NCBI GenBank assembly: GCA_902621305.1
Contig: CACNLM010000002.1
Location: 681-64,680, forward strand
From: an uncultured Alphaproteobacteria bacterium
GTDB lineage: Bacteria; Pseudomonadota; Alphaproteobacteria; HIMB59; GCA-002718135
Direction of reading: 5' to 3'
Length of the DNA stretch: 64,000 nucleotides
Positions 38,856 to 50,873 of the stretch are shown here, piece by piece. The notes under the pieces are model-generated. The model saw only the letters and a program-made list of their open reading frames with translations. It did no database searches and had not been told where the DNA came from. Position 1 is the stretch's first letter. Every line of letters begins with the position of its first letter. The position numbers were made by a program, and so were the translations under genes.

Positions 38856-39864
38856 TATTCGAAAAATACTTTTTTGAATTTCGAGCAACTAATAAGCCTA
38901 ACAAAAAGAAAAGGAGTACAGCTAGCGTTGTGCCATTGCCTTTACCAAATAATGAACCTAAAAAAATAAATAAGAAAATTATAGTAGATGAAATAATTTT
39001 AAAATGAATTCCTATTACTGAACCAAATATAAAGAAAAAAATTATAAATAATGTATTTCCAATACCCATACCAAAATGAGAACCTACAAAAGCCATATAT
39101 ATTGAAGAATATATTATGGATAGATTTGTAGAAGCTGAATTATCAAAAAATCTCACTTTTATAAGATAATAAAATGACTTTAATCCATCTATCCAAGTAA
39201 TTTTTTTTCCTTGTGCTTTTGATCTAAAAAAATATGAAACACCAAATTCATAAATAAAAAAATTATTTCTTACAATCTGAGAAGCTAAATCAATTTCTAT
39301 ACCAAAATCATTGATACTTAATTTAATTTTATCAATAACACTTCTATGCAGAATTTTAAGACCACAATGAACATCACTTAATGATTGTGAAAAGAAAATA
39401 TTAAAAATTAGAGAATTAAATTTACCAACTAAGTTATTAAAAAAATAATTATTTTTTTTTAATTTACCTGAAAGATATCTGCTGCCAAAAATACATTTAA
39501 TATCATTATTACTAATAATCATTTCAAACATCTCTTTAGCGTCTTTAGTATCTAATTCTAAATCAGCATCTTGTAATAAGATGTAATCTCCATCTGAGTT
39601 TTTTATTCCTGATTGTAAAGCTTTTCCTTTTCCAGAATTAATATCTAATTTTATTAATTTAAATGCAAATTTATAGTTCTGTTTATCTTTTAAATTTTTT
39701 AATATTTCTGATGATCCATCATTTGATCCATCATCAACGAATATTATCTCTATATTATTTTGATTAAAGTGTTCTTTTAGTTGTTCAAATAATCTTAAGA
39801 GAAAATTTTTTTCATTATAAACGGGAATTATAATTGATAAGATATTGTTACTCTTTTGGGGCAT
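38833..39864 (-). CDS. Glycosyltransferase family 2 (DPM-synthase-like) with C-terminal membrane domain
   Basis: SIIIPVYNE, VDDGSNDGS, NSGKGKA, QDADLE, GSRYL, GKKITWIDG, then hydrophobic helices. Confidence 0.88.
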   Translation of the reverse strand: MPQKSNNILSIIIPVYNEKNFLLRLFEQLKEHFNQNNIEIIFVDDGSNDGSSEILKNLKDKQNYKFAFKLIKLDINSGKGKALQSGIKNSDGDYILLQDADLELDTKDAKEMFEMIISNNDIKCIFGSRYLSGKLKKNNYFFNNLVGKFNSLIFNIFFSQSLSDVHCGLKILHRSVIDKIKLSINDFGIEIDLASQIVRNNFFIYEFGVSYFFRSKAQGKKITWIDGLKSFYYLIKVRFFDNSASTNLSIIYSSIYMAFVGSHFGMGIGNTLFIIFFFIFGSVIGIHFKIISSTIIFLFIFLGSLFGKGNGTTLAVLLFFLLGLLVARNSKKYFSNTKYSLYF

Positions 39865-40375
39865 GCTTATTCAGTATTCTTTGCAATGTTCGTCTGTGCA
39901 TTCTAAGTCTTCGTGCAGTTTCTGAAACATTTCTATTACACTGTATAAACACTCTTTGAATATGTTCCCATCTAATTCTATCAGCAGTCATAGGATTTTC
40001 AGGTGGTGGAGGTAATATTTCTTTAGAATTAGTTAAGGCATCATAAATTTGATCAATTTCTGCTGGTTTTGGTAAATAGTCTATAGCTCCAGATTTGATT
40101 GCAGCTACTGCTGTTGCAATGTTTCCATAGCCAGTGAGTAGCAGAGATTTTGTTTTAGGGCTTATTTTTTGGATTTCTTTAACTAATTCTAAACCTGATC
40201 CATCCTCAAGTCTCATATCAACTATGGCGTAATCAAAAAAATACTCATTAACCTTATCAATAGAGCCTTTAAAACTAGGGGATGAGTCTACATCAAACCC
40301 TTTTTTTTCCATTGATCTTGTCAATCTTTCTCTGAATGGCAAATCATCATCTACAATAAGAAGCCTCATGTTCAT
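39848..40375 (-). CDS. regA: Redox response regulator RegA/PrrA/ActR
   Basis: LTGYGNIATAVAAIK, PPPENPM.ADRIRWEHIQRV, NVSETARRLRMHRRTLQRIL. Confidence 0.95.
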   Translation of the reverse strand: MNMRLLIVDDDLPFRERLTRSMEKKGFDVDSSPSFKGSIDKVNEYFFDYAIVDMRLEDGSGLELVKEIQKISPKTKSLLLTGYGNIATAVAAIKSGAIDYLPKPAEIDQIYDALTNSKEILPPPPENPMTADRIRWEHIQRVFIQCNRNVSETARRLRMHRRTLQRILNKHAPKE

Positions 40376-41601
40376 ATATTTAAGATAGAGTTATCAAACT
40401 TTATTTCAACAACAGCATTGTTAACTTTTGAGTTATATAATTTTAAATTACCCCCCATATTTTCTATCAAATTTTTAGAAATGAATATTCCTAAACCCAT
40501 TCCTTGATTATTTTTGGAAATATATGGCTCTCCGAGTCTATCAATTATATCTTTGGAGAAACCAGGACCATCATCACTAACAACAATTTTTAAATTTTTT
40601 TTATAATAACATAAATTAACTGTAACTGTGCTATATGAATAAAATACTGCATTCTGAATAATATTTCCAAGAGAGTACATTATTTCATCTTTGAATATGA
40701 TTTCAGGTTCATCTTTGTTAGATTCAATTATAAGATTTAGTTTTTTACTTTTATTAAATTTGTCAAAATTAATTTTAATTAAATCTGTTAATTTTACTTT
40801 TTCAAGAAATTTATCTTTAAGTTTAAGTGGATTTTTTGAAAATTTTTGAAGAATTTCTTTACATCGTTCAGCCTGAGATTTCAATAGTGCAATGTCCTTA
40901 GAAATATCTTTATCAGCAATAAGTTTTTTTTCTTTCAATAAATCATTAATAATTAAAAATATTGTGTTTAGTGGTGTGCCTAACTCATGTGCTGCTGCCG
41001 CACTTAATGAACCAACTTCAGTTATTTTTTTTTGATTTAATATTTGAAGTTTAGATACTGAAAGAGCATTAGATATTTTTCTTGATGAACTTGCAAAAAG
41101 ATATGCATATATTGCTATAAAAATTACAGTTATAATTAAAGATGTGACCAAACCAAAACTATAAATTTCTGGTAAAATGAATTCTGTGCCCAGATCAAGT
41201 GGTAAATAATAAAAATTTAATAATATAATAATAATTATAGAAGTTAATGATAAGATGACAGTCATAAGAGCGGGTAGATAACTCGCAGAAGTTATTACAG
41301 GAGCCAAAATTAATATAGAAAAAGGATTAATTATACCTCCTGTTAAAAACAATAAAAAACCTAGTTGCAAAGTATCAAAAACTAAAAAAGAAAATGCTTT
41401 TATATTAGATATAGTTTTATTTTTTCTTTCTTCATAGTAAGAATAAAAGTTTACAAATACAGATAGTAGAATGATTATTAATGTTTCGTAAAGAGGTATT
41501 TTGATTTGGATTAAATAGTATACGAAAAATACTGCAATAAATTGACCAGATATTGCTATCCATCTTATTTTAATAAGATTACCTAATAGTATTGTATTCA
41601 T
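40372..41601 (-). CDS. regB: Redox sensor histidine kinase RegB/PrrB/ActS
   Basis: IRWIAISGQ, quinone-binding TGGIINPF, AAAAHELGTPL, redox-Cys QAERCKEIL, DDGPGF, GMGLG. Confidence 0.93.
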   Translation of the reverse strand: MNTILLGNLIKIRWIAISGQFIAVFFVYYLIQIKIPLYETLIIILLSVFVNFYSYYEERKNKTISNIKAFSFLVFDTLQLGFLLFLTGGIINPFSILILAPVITSASYLPALMTVILSLTSIIIIILLNFYYLPLDLGTEFILPEIYSFGLVTSLIITVIFIAIYAYLFASSSRKISNALSVSKLQILNQKKITEVGSLSAAAAHELGTPLNTIFLIINDLLKEKKLIADKDISKDIALLKSQAERCKEILQKFSKNPLKLKDKFLEKVKLTDLIKINFDKFNKSKKLNLIIESNKDEPEIIFKDEIMYSLGNIIQNAVFYSYSTVTVNLCYYKKNLKIVVSDDGPGFSKDIIDRLGEPYISKNNQGMGLGIFISKNLIENMGGNLKLYNSKVNNAVVEIKFDNSILNI

Positions 41602-41607
41602 TAAGAA

Positions 41608-45152
<3,545 letters not shown>

Positions 45153-45155
45153 ATT

Positions 45156-46271
45156 CTAAACTCTCATAGGCATTAGAACATAAACAAGATCAACATTTGA
45201 ATTTTCTTGCGCAGTAATAGGTGAAGTATTATTTTTCAAATTAATTGTAATTTCTTCGTCTTCCAAGTTATTGACAATATCCATAATATATTTTGAATTA
45301 AAACCTATTTCTATTTCATCGCCATCATAATTTATATTTAAATCCTCTGAGGCAGTACTATTTTCATTATTTATAGTATTTAGGTTGAGTACATTCTTTA
45401 ATAGTTTAAATTTAATTACTGGAGATTTTTCATTTGCTATAGTACTTACCCTATCAACAGCAGATAATAATTTGTGTCTATTAATTTTTAAAATATTTGA
45501 GTTCTCACTTGGAATTACTCGCTTGTAATCAGGGAAACTTCCATCAATTAATTTTGATATAAATATTATGTTACCTATATCGAACACTATCTTGTTTGAA
45601 CTAATTGAGATTTTGATGTCTTCATTCAATTCTGATAATAATTTTGATAGTTCATATATTGTTTTTTTTGGAACAATTACTCCAGAAATTTCATTTATTT
45701 TATTATCTATTTCATGACTAAATTTTGCTAAACGATGACCATCTGTTCCTACTAATGTAACAATATTTTTATTTTCTTCATTGTTTACATTAAAATATAA
45801 TCCATTTAAAAAATATCTTGTTTCTTCATTAGATATAGCAAATTTTGTTTTTTCTATTAATTTAAATAAAATCTTTGCATTTAATTTCATTTCATTGCCT
45901 TGATTTTCTTGATCAATTATTGGATAATCTTCTTTTGGTAAACAAGCTAAGGAAAATCTGGAACCTTTTGCGCGTAAAGTTAATAATTTTCCACTATTAG
46001 ATATAATTTCAATTTCATTATTATCCTCAACTTTCCTAACTATATCATATAATATTTGTGCATTTATTGTTGTAGCACCTTCTTCTAAAACAGTGCATTC
46101 AATATTTTCAATTATTGAAATATCCATATCTGTTGATGATAAAATTAATTGATCATTTTTAGCTTCAATAAGAATATTTGATAAAATTGGTAGTGAGTTT
46201 TTTTTATCAACAATACCTTGAAGATGAGAAAGAGATTTAAAAAAATTAGAACGTATTATTTTAAATTTCAT
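45156..46271 (-). CDS. dnaN: DNA polymerase III beta sliding clamp
   Basis: PILSNILI, EETRYFLNG, TDGHRL, LIDGSFPDY, VLMPMRV. Confidence 0.98.
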   Translation of the reverse strand: MKFKIIRSNFFKSLSHLQGIVDKKNSLPILSNILIEAKNDQLILSSTDMDISIIENIECTVLEEGATTINAQILYDIVRKVEDNNEIEIISNSGKLLTLRAKGSRFSLACLPKEDYPIIDQENQGNEMKLNAKILFKLIEKTKFAISNEETRYFLNGLYFNVNNEENKNIVTLVGTDGHRLAKFSHEIDNKINEISGVIVPKKTIYELSKLLSELNEDIKISISSNKIVFDIGNIIFISKLIDGSFPDYKRVIPSENSNILKINRHKLLSAVDRVSTIANEKSPVIKFKLLKNVLNLNTINNENSTASEDLNINYDGDEIEIGFNSKYIMDIVNNLEDEEITINLKNNTSPITAQENSNVDLVYVLMPMRV

Positions 46272-46294
46272 ATCTTAGCATATGATAAAAATGT

Positions 46295-47689
46295 CTAAGA
46301 ATCTATTAATCTTTTCAATAATTCTAGATCTTCATTAAAGTTAACATCAGACAATTTAAGTTCTTCAATTTTTTTGACTGCGTGCATAACCGTAGTATGG
46401 TCTCTTCCACCAAATTTCCTACCAATCTCGGGTAAAGATCTAGAAGTAATTGATTTTGCTAAATACATTGCAATTTGCCTTGGTCTTGCAACCGAACGAG
46501 ATCGTCTTGGTGAATGCATATCAGTTATTCTTATATTAAAATGTTCAGCAACTTTTTTTTGTATTTCTTCAATTGTAATTTTTTTGTTTGAAGATTTTAA
46601 TAAATCCTGAAGTACCAATTGAGCTGTTTCAACAGTTATGGAAGTACCAACTAAAGTTGCATGTGCAACTAATCTATTTAGTGCACCTTCCATTTCTCTA
46701 ACATTTGAAATAATTCTATGTGAAAGAAATTCCAAAACTTTGGGTGGTATTTCTACACCTCTTTTCTGTGCTTTTTCTATTAATATTCCAAGTCTTAATT
46801 CATACGTTGTTGGGTGAATATCTGCGACTAGTCCACATCCCAATCTAGATTTTAATCTCTCCTGGACTCCATCAAGATCAGTTGGGGTTTTATCTGCCGA
46901 AATAACTATTTGTTTGTTTTGTTCAATCAAGGCATTAAAAGTATGAAAGAATTCTTCTTGAGTATTATCTTTCCCACTAATAAATTGCACATCATCAATC
47001 ATTAGTACATCTATTGATCTAAATTGTTCTTTAAATGCTGAAGTATCTTTATATCTCAATGCTCTAACAAATTGGTACATGAATTTCTCTGCTGAAAGAT
47101 AGATCACTTTTCTTTCAGGTTGCTGTTCTTTAATTTTCCATCCTATTGCATGCATTAAGTGTGTTTTTCCTAAACCAACACCTCCGCACAAAAAGAGTGG
47201 ATTGAAAGTAATTTTATCTGCTTCAGAAACTCTCTGTGAGGCTGCAAATGCAAGTTCATTGGGTTTTCCAACTACAAAATTTTCAAAAGTGAATCTAGGA
47301 TCAAGCGGTGCACCAAATTCATTTGGGTATGTTGAAGATTGGTTGGATCTTAAGTCCATTGTGGACTTCCAGTGATTATCACTGCTTTTGATAGTTCTTG
47401 TAGTACCAGGTACTATTCTGCCACCAGTTGGTTTTACTACGAACTTTATTGTATCTATTTTTTCAATAAGATTTTTTGCCTCAATTTTGATTTTGTCGGC
47501 ATAATTATTGACTATCCAATCTCTTAAAAACTTAGTAGGGACTGAAAAAGTGATGGTCGTATCAACAAGATTTACGTAACTTACATGTTTCAACCAATTA
47601 TTGAAAGCTGAGTCACCTACATTTTTTTTAAGACTTTTTTTAAAAGATAACCATTTACTTTCGTCAAAAACAGTAGATGAATTATCCAT
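46295..47689 (-). CDS. dnaA: Chromosomal replication initiator DnaA
   Basis: FENFVVG, NPLFLCGGVGLGKTHL, TQEEFFHTFN, IGRKFGGRDHTTVMHA. Confidence 0.98.
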   Translation of the reverse strand: MDNSSTVFDESKWLSFKKSLKKNVGDSAFNNWLKHVSYVNLVDTTITFSVPTKFLRDWIVNNYADKIKIEAKNLIEKIDTIKFVVKPTGGRIVPGTTRTIKSSDNHWKSTMDLRSNQSSTYPNEFGAPLDPRFTFENFVVGKPNELAFAASQRVSEADKITFNPLFLCGGVGLGKTHLMHAIGWKIKEQQPERKVIYLSAEKFMYQFVRALRYKDTSAFKEQFRSIDVLMIDDVQFISGKDNTQEEFFHTFNALIEQNKQIVISADKTPTDLDGVQERLKSRLGCGLVADIHPTTYELRLGILIEKAQKRGVEIPPKVLEFLSHRIISNVREMEGALNRLVAHATLVGTSITVETAQLVLQDLLKSSNKKITIEEIQKKVAEHFNIRITDMHSPRRSRSVARPRQIAMYLAKSITSRSLPEIGRKFGGRDHTTVMHAVKKIEELKLSDVNFNEDLELLKRLIDS

Positions 47690-47835
47690 TTTCCCCCAAC
47701 ATGACGATTTTATAACTTAATAAGTTTTACGCAAAAAATCTAAAGTCGTAAAATTTAATCACCAAATTAATTTACTTAATCAACACTCTTTAAGTATTTT
47801 TAGCAAGAAGAAAAGTGAAAAAAATAAAAAAAAAA

Positions 47836-48096
47836 TTATTTTTTTGAAATTTGTTTTGATAAAGAGGATAACTTTCTGGATATGTATTCTTTTTTGAAAA
47901 TACCTTTTTTTGCTGCTCTAGCCATTATTGAGTTGACATTACTAAAGGATTTTTGAATTTCTTCCTCATTTTTTGCTTCCAGAGAAGTATTAAATTTATT
48001 TAGAGCGTTTCTAAACTTAGATAAGTATTGAGAATTAACAGTATTTCTAGTTTTGTTCTGTCTCGATCTTTTTTTAGCAGAAACGTGATTGGCCAT
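47836..48096 (-). CDS. rpsT: 30S ribosomal protein S20
   Basis: MANHVSAKKR.RQ, KKGIF, SRKLSSL; upstream of dnaA. Confidence 0.95.
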   Translation of the reverse strand: MANHVSAKKRSRQNKTRNTVNSQYLSKFRNALNKFNTSLEAKNEEEIQKSFSNVNSIMARAAKKGIFKKEYISRKLSSLSKQISKK

Positions 48097-48148
48097 ATTG
48101 GTGCTATAAATTTAAAATAAATTAAGTCAATTATTATTTATTAAAGAA

Positions 48149-48967
48149 TTACTTATTATTTTGAATTTTTGGGCAATAAAAAGTAGATCTTCCGTACTGA
48201 ACAATCTTTTTGACCTTGTCATCACCTATTTTTTTTCCTTCTTTATTATAAACTTTAAAATTAGACTGAAAATTCCCTAATGTTCCGTCAGTAGACCTAT
48301 AATCACGTATACTTGAACCCCCATATTTAATTGCCTTCGTTAAAATTTTTTTTGTAGACTTAATTAGTTTCATAATGAGACTAATTTTTAAATTCTTACC
48401 TAAAGTAAGTGGTGAAATTTTAGCATCAAATAATATTTCAGAAGCATAAATGTTTCCTATCCCAGCGATTAATTTTTGATTAAGTAAAATCTGCTTAATA
48501 GGTACCTCAGATTTGGAAATTTTTTTAAATATGATTTGTGCGGTAAGATTTGGGCTCAGAGCATCTGTGCCCAAGGTCATAATATACTTTTGTTTTTGAA
48601 GTTCATTTGTTTTTACTAAGTCAATAAATCCAAATTTCCTTGGATCATGATAAATTAGTAACTTTTTACTTATAAAGTATAGTATAAAGTGATCATGTTT
48701 TATTCTTTTGTAGTTATTATCGACAGTTTTTAATCTTCCTGACATTCCTAGATGTATTACTAGAGAATAATCTGAATCTAAATCTATGATAATGAACTTT
48801 GCTACGCGTCTTAGGTTGGATATCTTGGAGTTACGTAGTATATTAACTATATTATTAGGAATTTTAAAACGAAGTTTTGATGTATGAATTTTGACATTAG
48901 ATATTTTTTGATTCAATATTACACTAAGTCCCTTAACTGTAGTTTCAACTTCAGGTAACTCTGGCAT
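48149..48967 (-). CDS. mutM: Formamidopyrimidine-DNA glycosylase (Fpg), zincless-finger variant
   Basis: MPELPEVET, HLGMSG, DPRKFG, LLNQKLIAGIGNIYASE, GRSTFYCP. Confidence 0.95.
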   Translation of the reverse strand: MPELPEVETTVKGLSVILNQKISNVKIHTSKLRFKIPNNIVNILRNSKISNLRRVAKFIIIDLDSDYSLVIHLGMSGRLKTVDNNYKRIKHDHFILYFISKKLLIYHDPRKFGFIDLVKTNELQKQKYIMTLGTDALSPNLTAQIIFKKISKSEVPIKQILLNQKLIAGIGNIYASEILFDAKISPLTLGKNLKISLIMKLIKSTKKILTKAIKYGGSSIRDYRSTDGTLGNFQSNFKVYNKEGKKIGDDKVKKIVQYGRSTFYCPKIQNNK

Positions 48968-48968
48968 A

Positions 48969-49700
48969 ATGAAAAAAGATTATAATTTTGGTTATACAAA
49001 AGTAAATTCAAAACAAAAGACTAAACTTGTTCAAAATGTATTTTCAAGTGTAGCTTCAAGCTACGATGTAATGAATGACTTAATGAGCTTAGGAATGCAT
49101 AGATTATGGAAGAAAAGATTTGTAGAGATAATGGACATAAAAAAAAATGAGATTATCTTGGATGTTGGCTCGGGTTCTGGTGATATTGCTAGCGAAATCA
49201 TAAAAAAAAATTTATCTACCAATCTTTATCTTTTAGACCTAAATAAAGAAATGTTATTTGAAGGAAAAAAAAGATTAAAAAAAGAAAAAAACATAAAATA
49301 TTTTATTGGTAATGCTGAAAAGTTAAATTTTGAAAATAATTTTTTTGATAAATATACTATTTCATTTTGCCTGAGAAATGTGACTAAATATTTATTATCT
49401 ATAAAAGAAGCTTACAGAGTTCTCAAACCTGGTGGTAAATATTGTTGTTTAGAATTTAGTACACCTAAATCATCTTTAATATCAAGTTCATATAAAATTT
49501 ATAAATCTAAAATTTTACCTCTTTTAGGAGATTTAATTGCTAAAGATAAAAATGCTTATAAGTATTTAAGTGAAAGTATTGATTTATTTCCATCACAAGA
49601 AGAGCTTAGCAAAAATCTACGTGATTGTGGGTTTACGAAAGTTGAGACTATTAATCTATTTAATGGAATTGTAGCAATACATACTGGTTATAAACTATAA
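48969..49700 (+). CDS. ubiE: Ubiquinone/menaquinone biosynthesis C-methyltransferase
   Basis: VFSSVASSYDVMNDLMSLGMHRLWK, LDVGSGSGD, RVLKPGG, YLSESI. Confidence 0.95.
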   Translation: MKKDYNFGYTKVNSKQKTKLVQNVFSSVASSYDVMNDLMSLGMHRLWKKRFVEIMDIKKNEIILDVGSGSGDIASEIIKKNLSTNLYLLDLNKEMLFEGKKRLKKEKNIKYFIGNAEKLNFENNFFDKYTISFCLRNVTKYLLSIKEAYRVLKPGGKYCCLEFSTPKSSLISSSYKIYKSKILPLLGDLIAKDKNAYKYLSESIDLFPSQEELSKNLRDCGFTKVETINLFNGIVAIHTGYKL

Positions 49701-50869
49701 TGAATAAAATTTTATTAATAATAACTGGTTCTATAGCCGCGTCTAGATGTAAAGAAATTATAACTTTACTTAAAAATAAAGAAGTTAATATTAGCTGCAT
49801 AATAAGTAATGAAGCCAAAAAATATGTAAAAATATTAGATATAAAAAAATTACTTAAAGACAGGATATTCACTGATGAAGATGAGAAAAATAATAAGATG
49901 CTTCATATTAATTTATCAAGAGATAATGATATAATTGTTGTGTGTCCAGCTACAGCCAATTCTATAGCAAAGTTTGCTAATGGATATGGAGATAATTTAG
50001 CTTCTAATACATTGCTTGCTTCAAATAAAAAAATTTTGTTTGTCCCCGCAATGAATAGCTTTATGTGGCATAATAAAATTAATCAAAAAAATGTGAAACT
50101 ATTAAAAGATAGTGGTCATGAGTTTATTGGACCAAAAGTTGGAAATCTAAAATGTGGAGAAATTGGTTTAGGTAGAATTGATAACTCAAAAAATATAGTA
50201 AATGGAATTTTAAGCAGATTAGAAAATATCAATTTATTAAAAGATAAAAAATGCCTTGTAACTGCAGGACCAACAATTGAAATGATTGATCCAGTGAGGT
50301 TTATTTCAAATAAATCTTCTGGAAAACAAGGCTATGAGATTGCTTCACAACTTGTTTTATATGGTGCGGATGTAACCTTGATTTCTGGACCAACAAAATT
50401 AGATCCACCCCCAAATTTGAAATTTATTCAAATAAAATCAGCAAAAGAAATGTATCAAAAAATTAAAAAAATTTCTAAAATTGATATAGGAATTTTTACA
50501 GCTGCAGTATCCGATTTCAAGAATAAAAATATCTATAAATCCAAAATTAAAAAAAATAAAAAATTAAATATTAGTCTTTATAAAAATATTGATATTTTAG
50601 AAAAAATTGGGAAAAGTAAAACTCAAAGGCCTAAATTTTTAGTAGGTTTTGCAGCTGAGACTGGGAGCATTAATAATGCCAAAAAAAAATTAGTAGATAA
50701 ACAATGTGATATGATGGTTTACAATAAAATCGATAGTAAAAACAAAGTTTTTGACTCTGATTATAATCGAATATCGATAATTACAAAAAACCAGATAAAA
50801 AAGTTTAAGAAAATGACAAAGGTAAATTGTGCAAAGCAAATTATAAAACAAATCTATAATACTATATAG
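49700..50869 (+). CDS. coaBC: Phosphopantothenoylcysteine decarboxylase/synthetase
   Basis: GSIAA, PATAN, PAMN, CGEIGLGR, TAGPT.E.IDPVRFISNKSSGKQG, AAVSD, VGFAAET. Confidence 0.96.
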   Translation: MNKILLIITGSIAASRCKEIITLLKNKEVNISCIISNEAKKYVKILDIKKLLKDRIFTDEDEKNNKMLHINLSRDNDIIVVCPATANSIAKFANGYGDNLASNTLLASNKKILFVPAMNSFMWHNKINQKNVKLLKDSGHEFIGPKVGNLKCGEIGLGRIDNSKNIVNGILSRLENINLLKDKKCLVTAGPTIEMIDPVRFISNKSSGKQGYEIASQLVLYGADVTLISGPTKLDPPPNLKFIQIKSAKEMYQKIKKISKIDIGIFTAAVSDFKNKNIYKSKIKKNKKLNISLYKNIDILEKIGKSKTQRPKFLVGFAAETGSINNAKKKLVDKQCDMMVYNKIDSKNKVFDSDYNRISIITKNQIKKFKKMTKVNCAKQIIKQIYNTI

Positions 50870-50873
50870 AGTT

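Noticed and set aside
46272-47835. oriC adjacent to dnaA
   Set aside because: No cluster of TTATCCACA-type DnaA boxes seen in the flanking gaps; alphaproteobacterial origins are often unlinked from dnaA
47817-47845. Long A/T homopolymer runs as contingency loci (also many A8-A10 runs inside genes)
   Set aside because: Expected at this AT content, and reading frames stay intact everywhere except the lptC 5' end, which is reported separately
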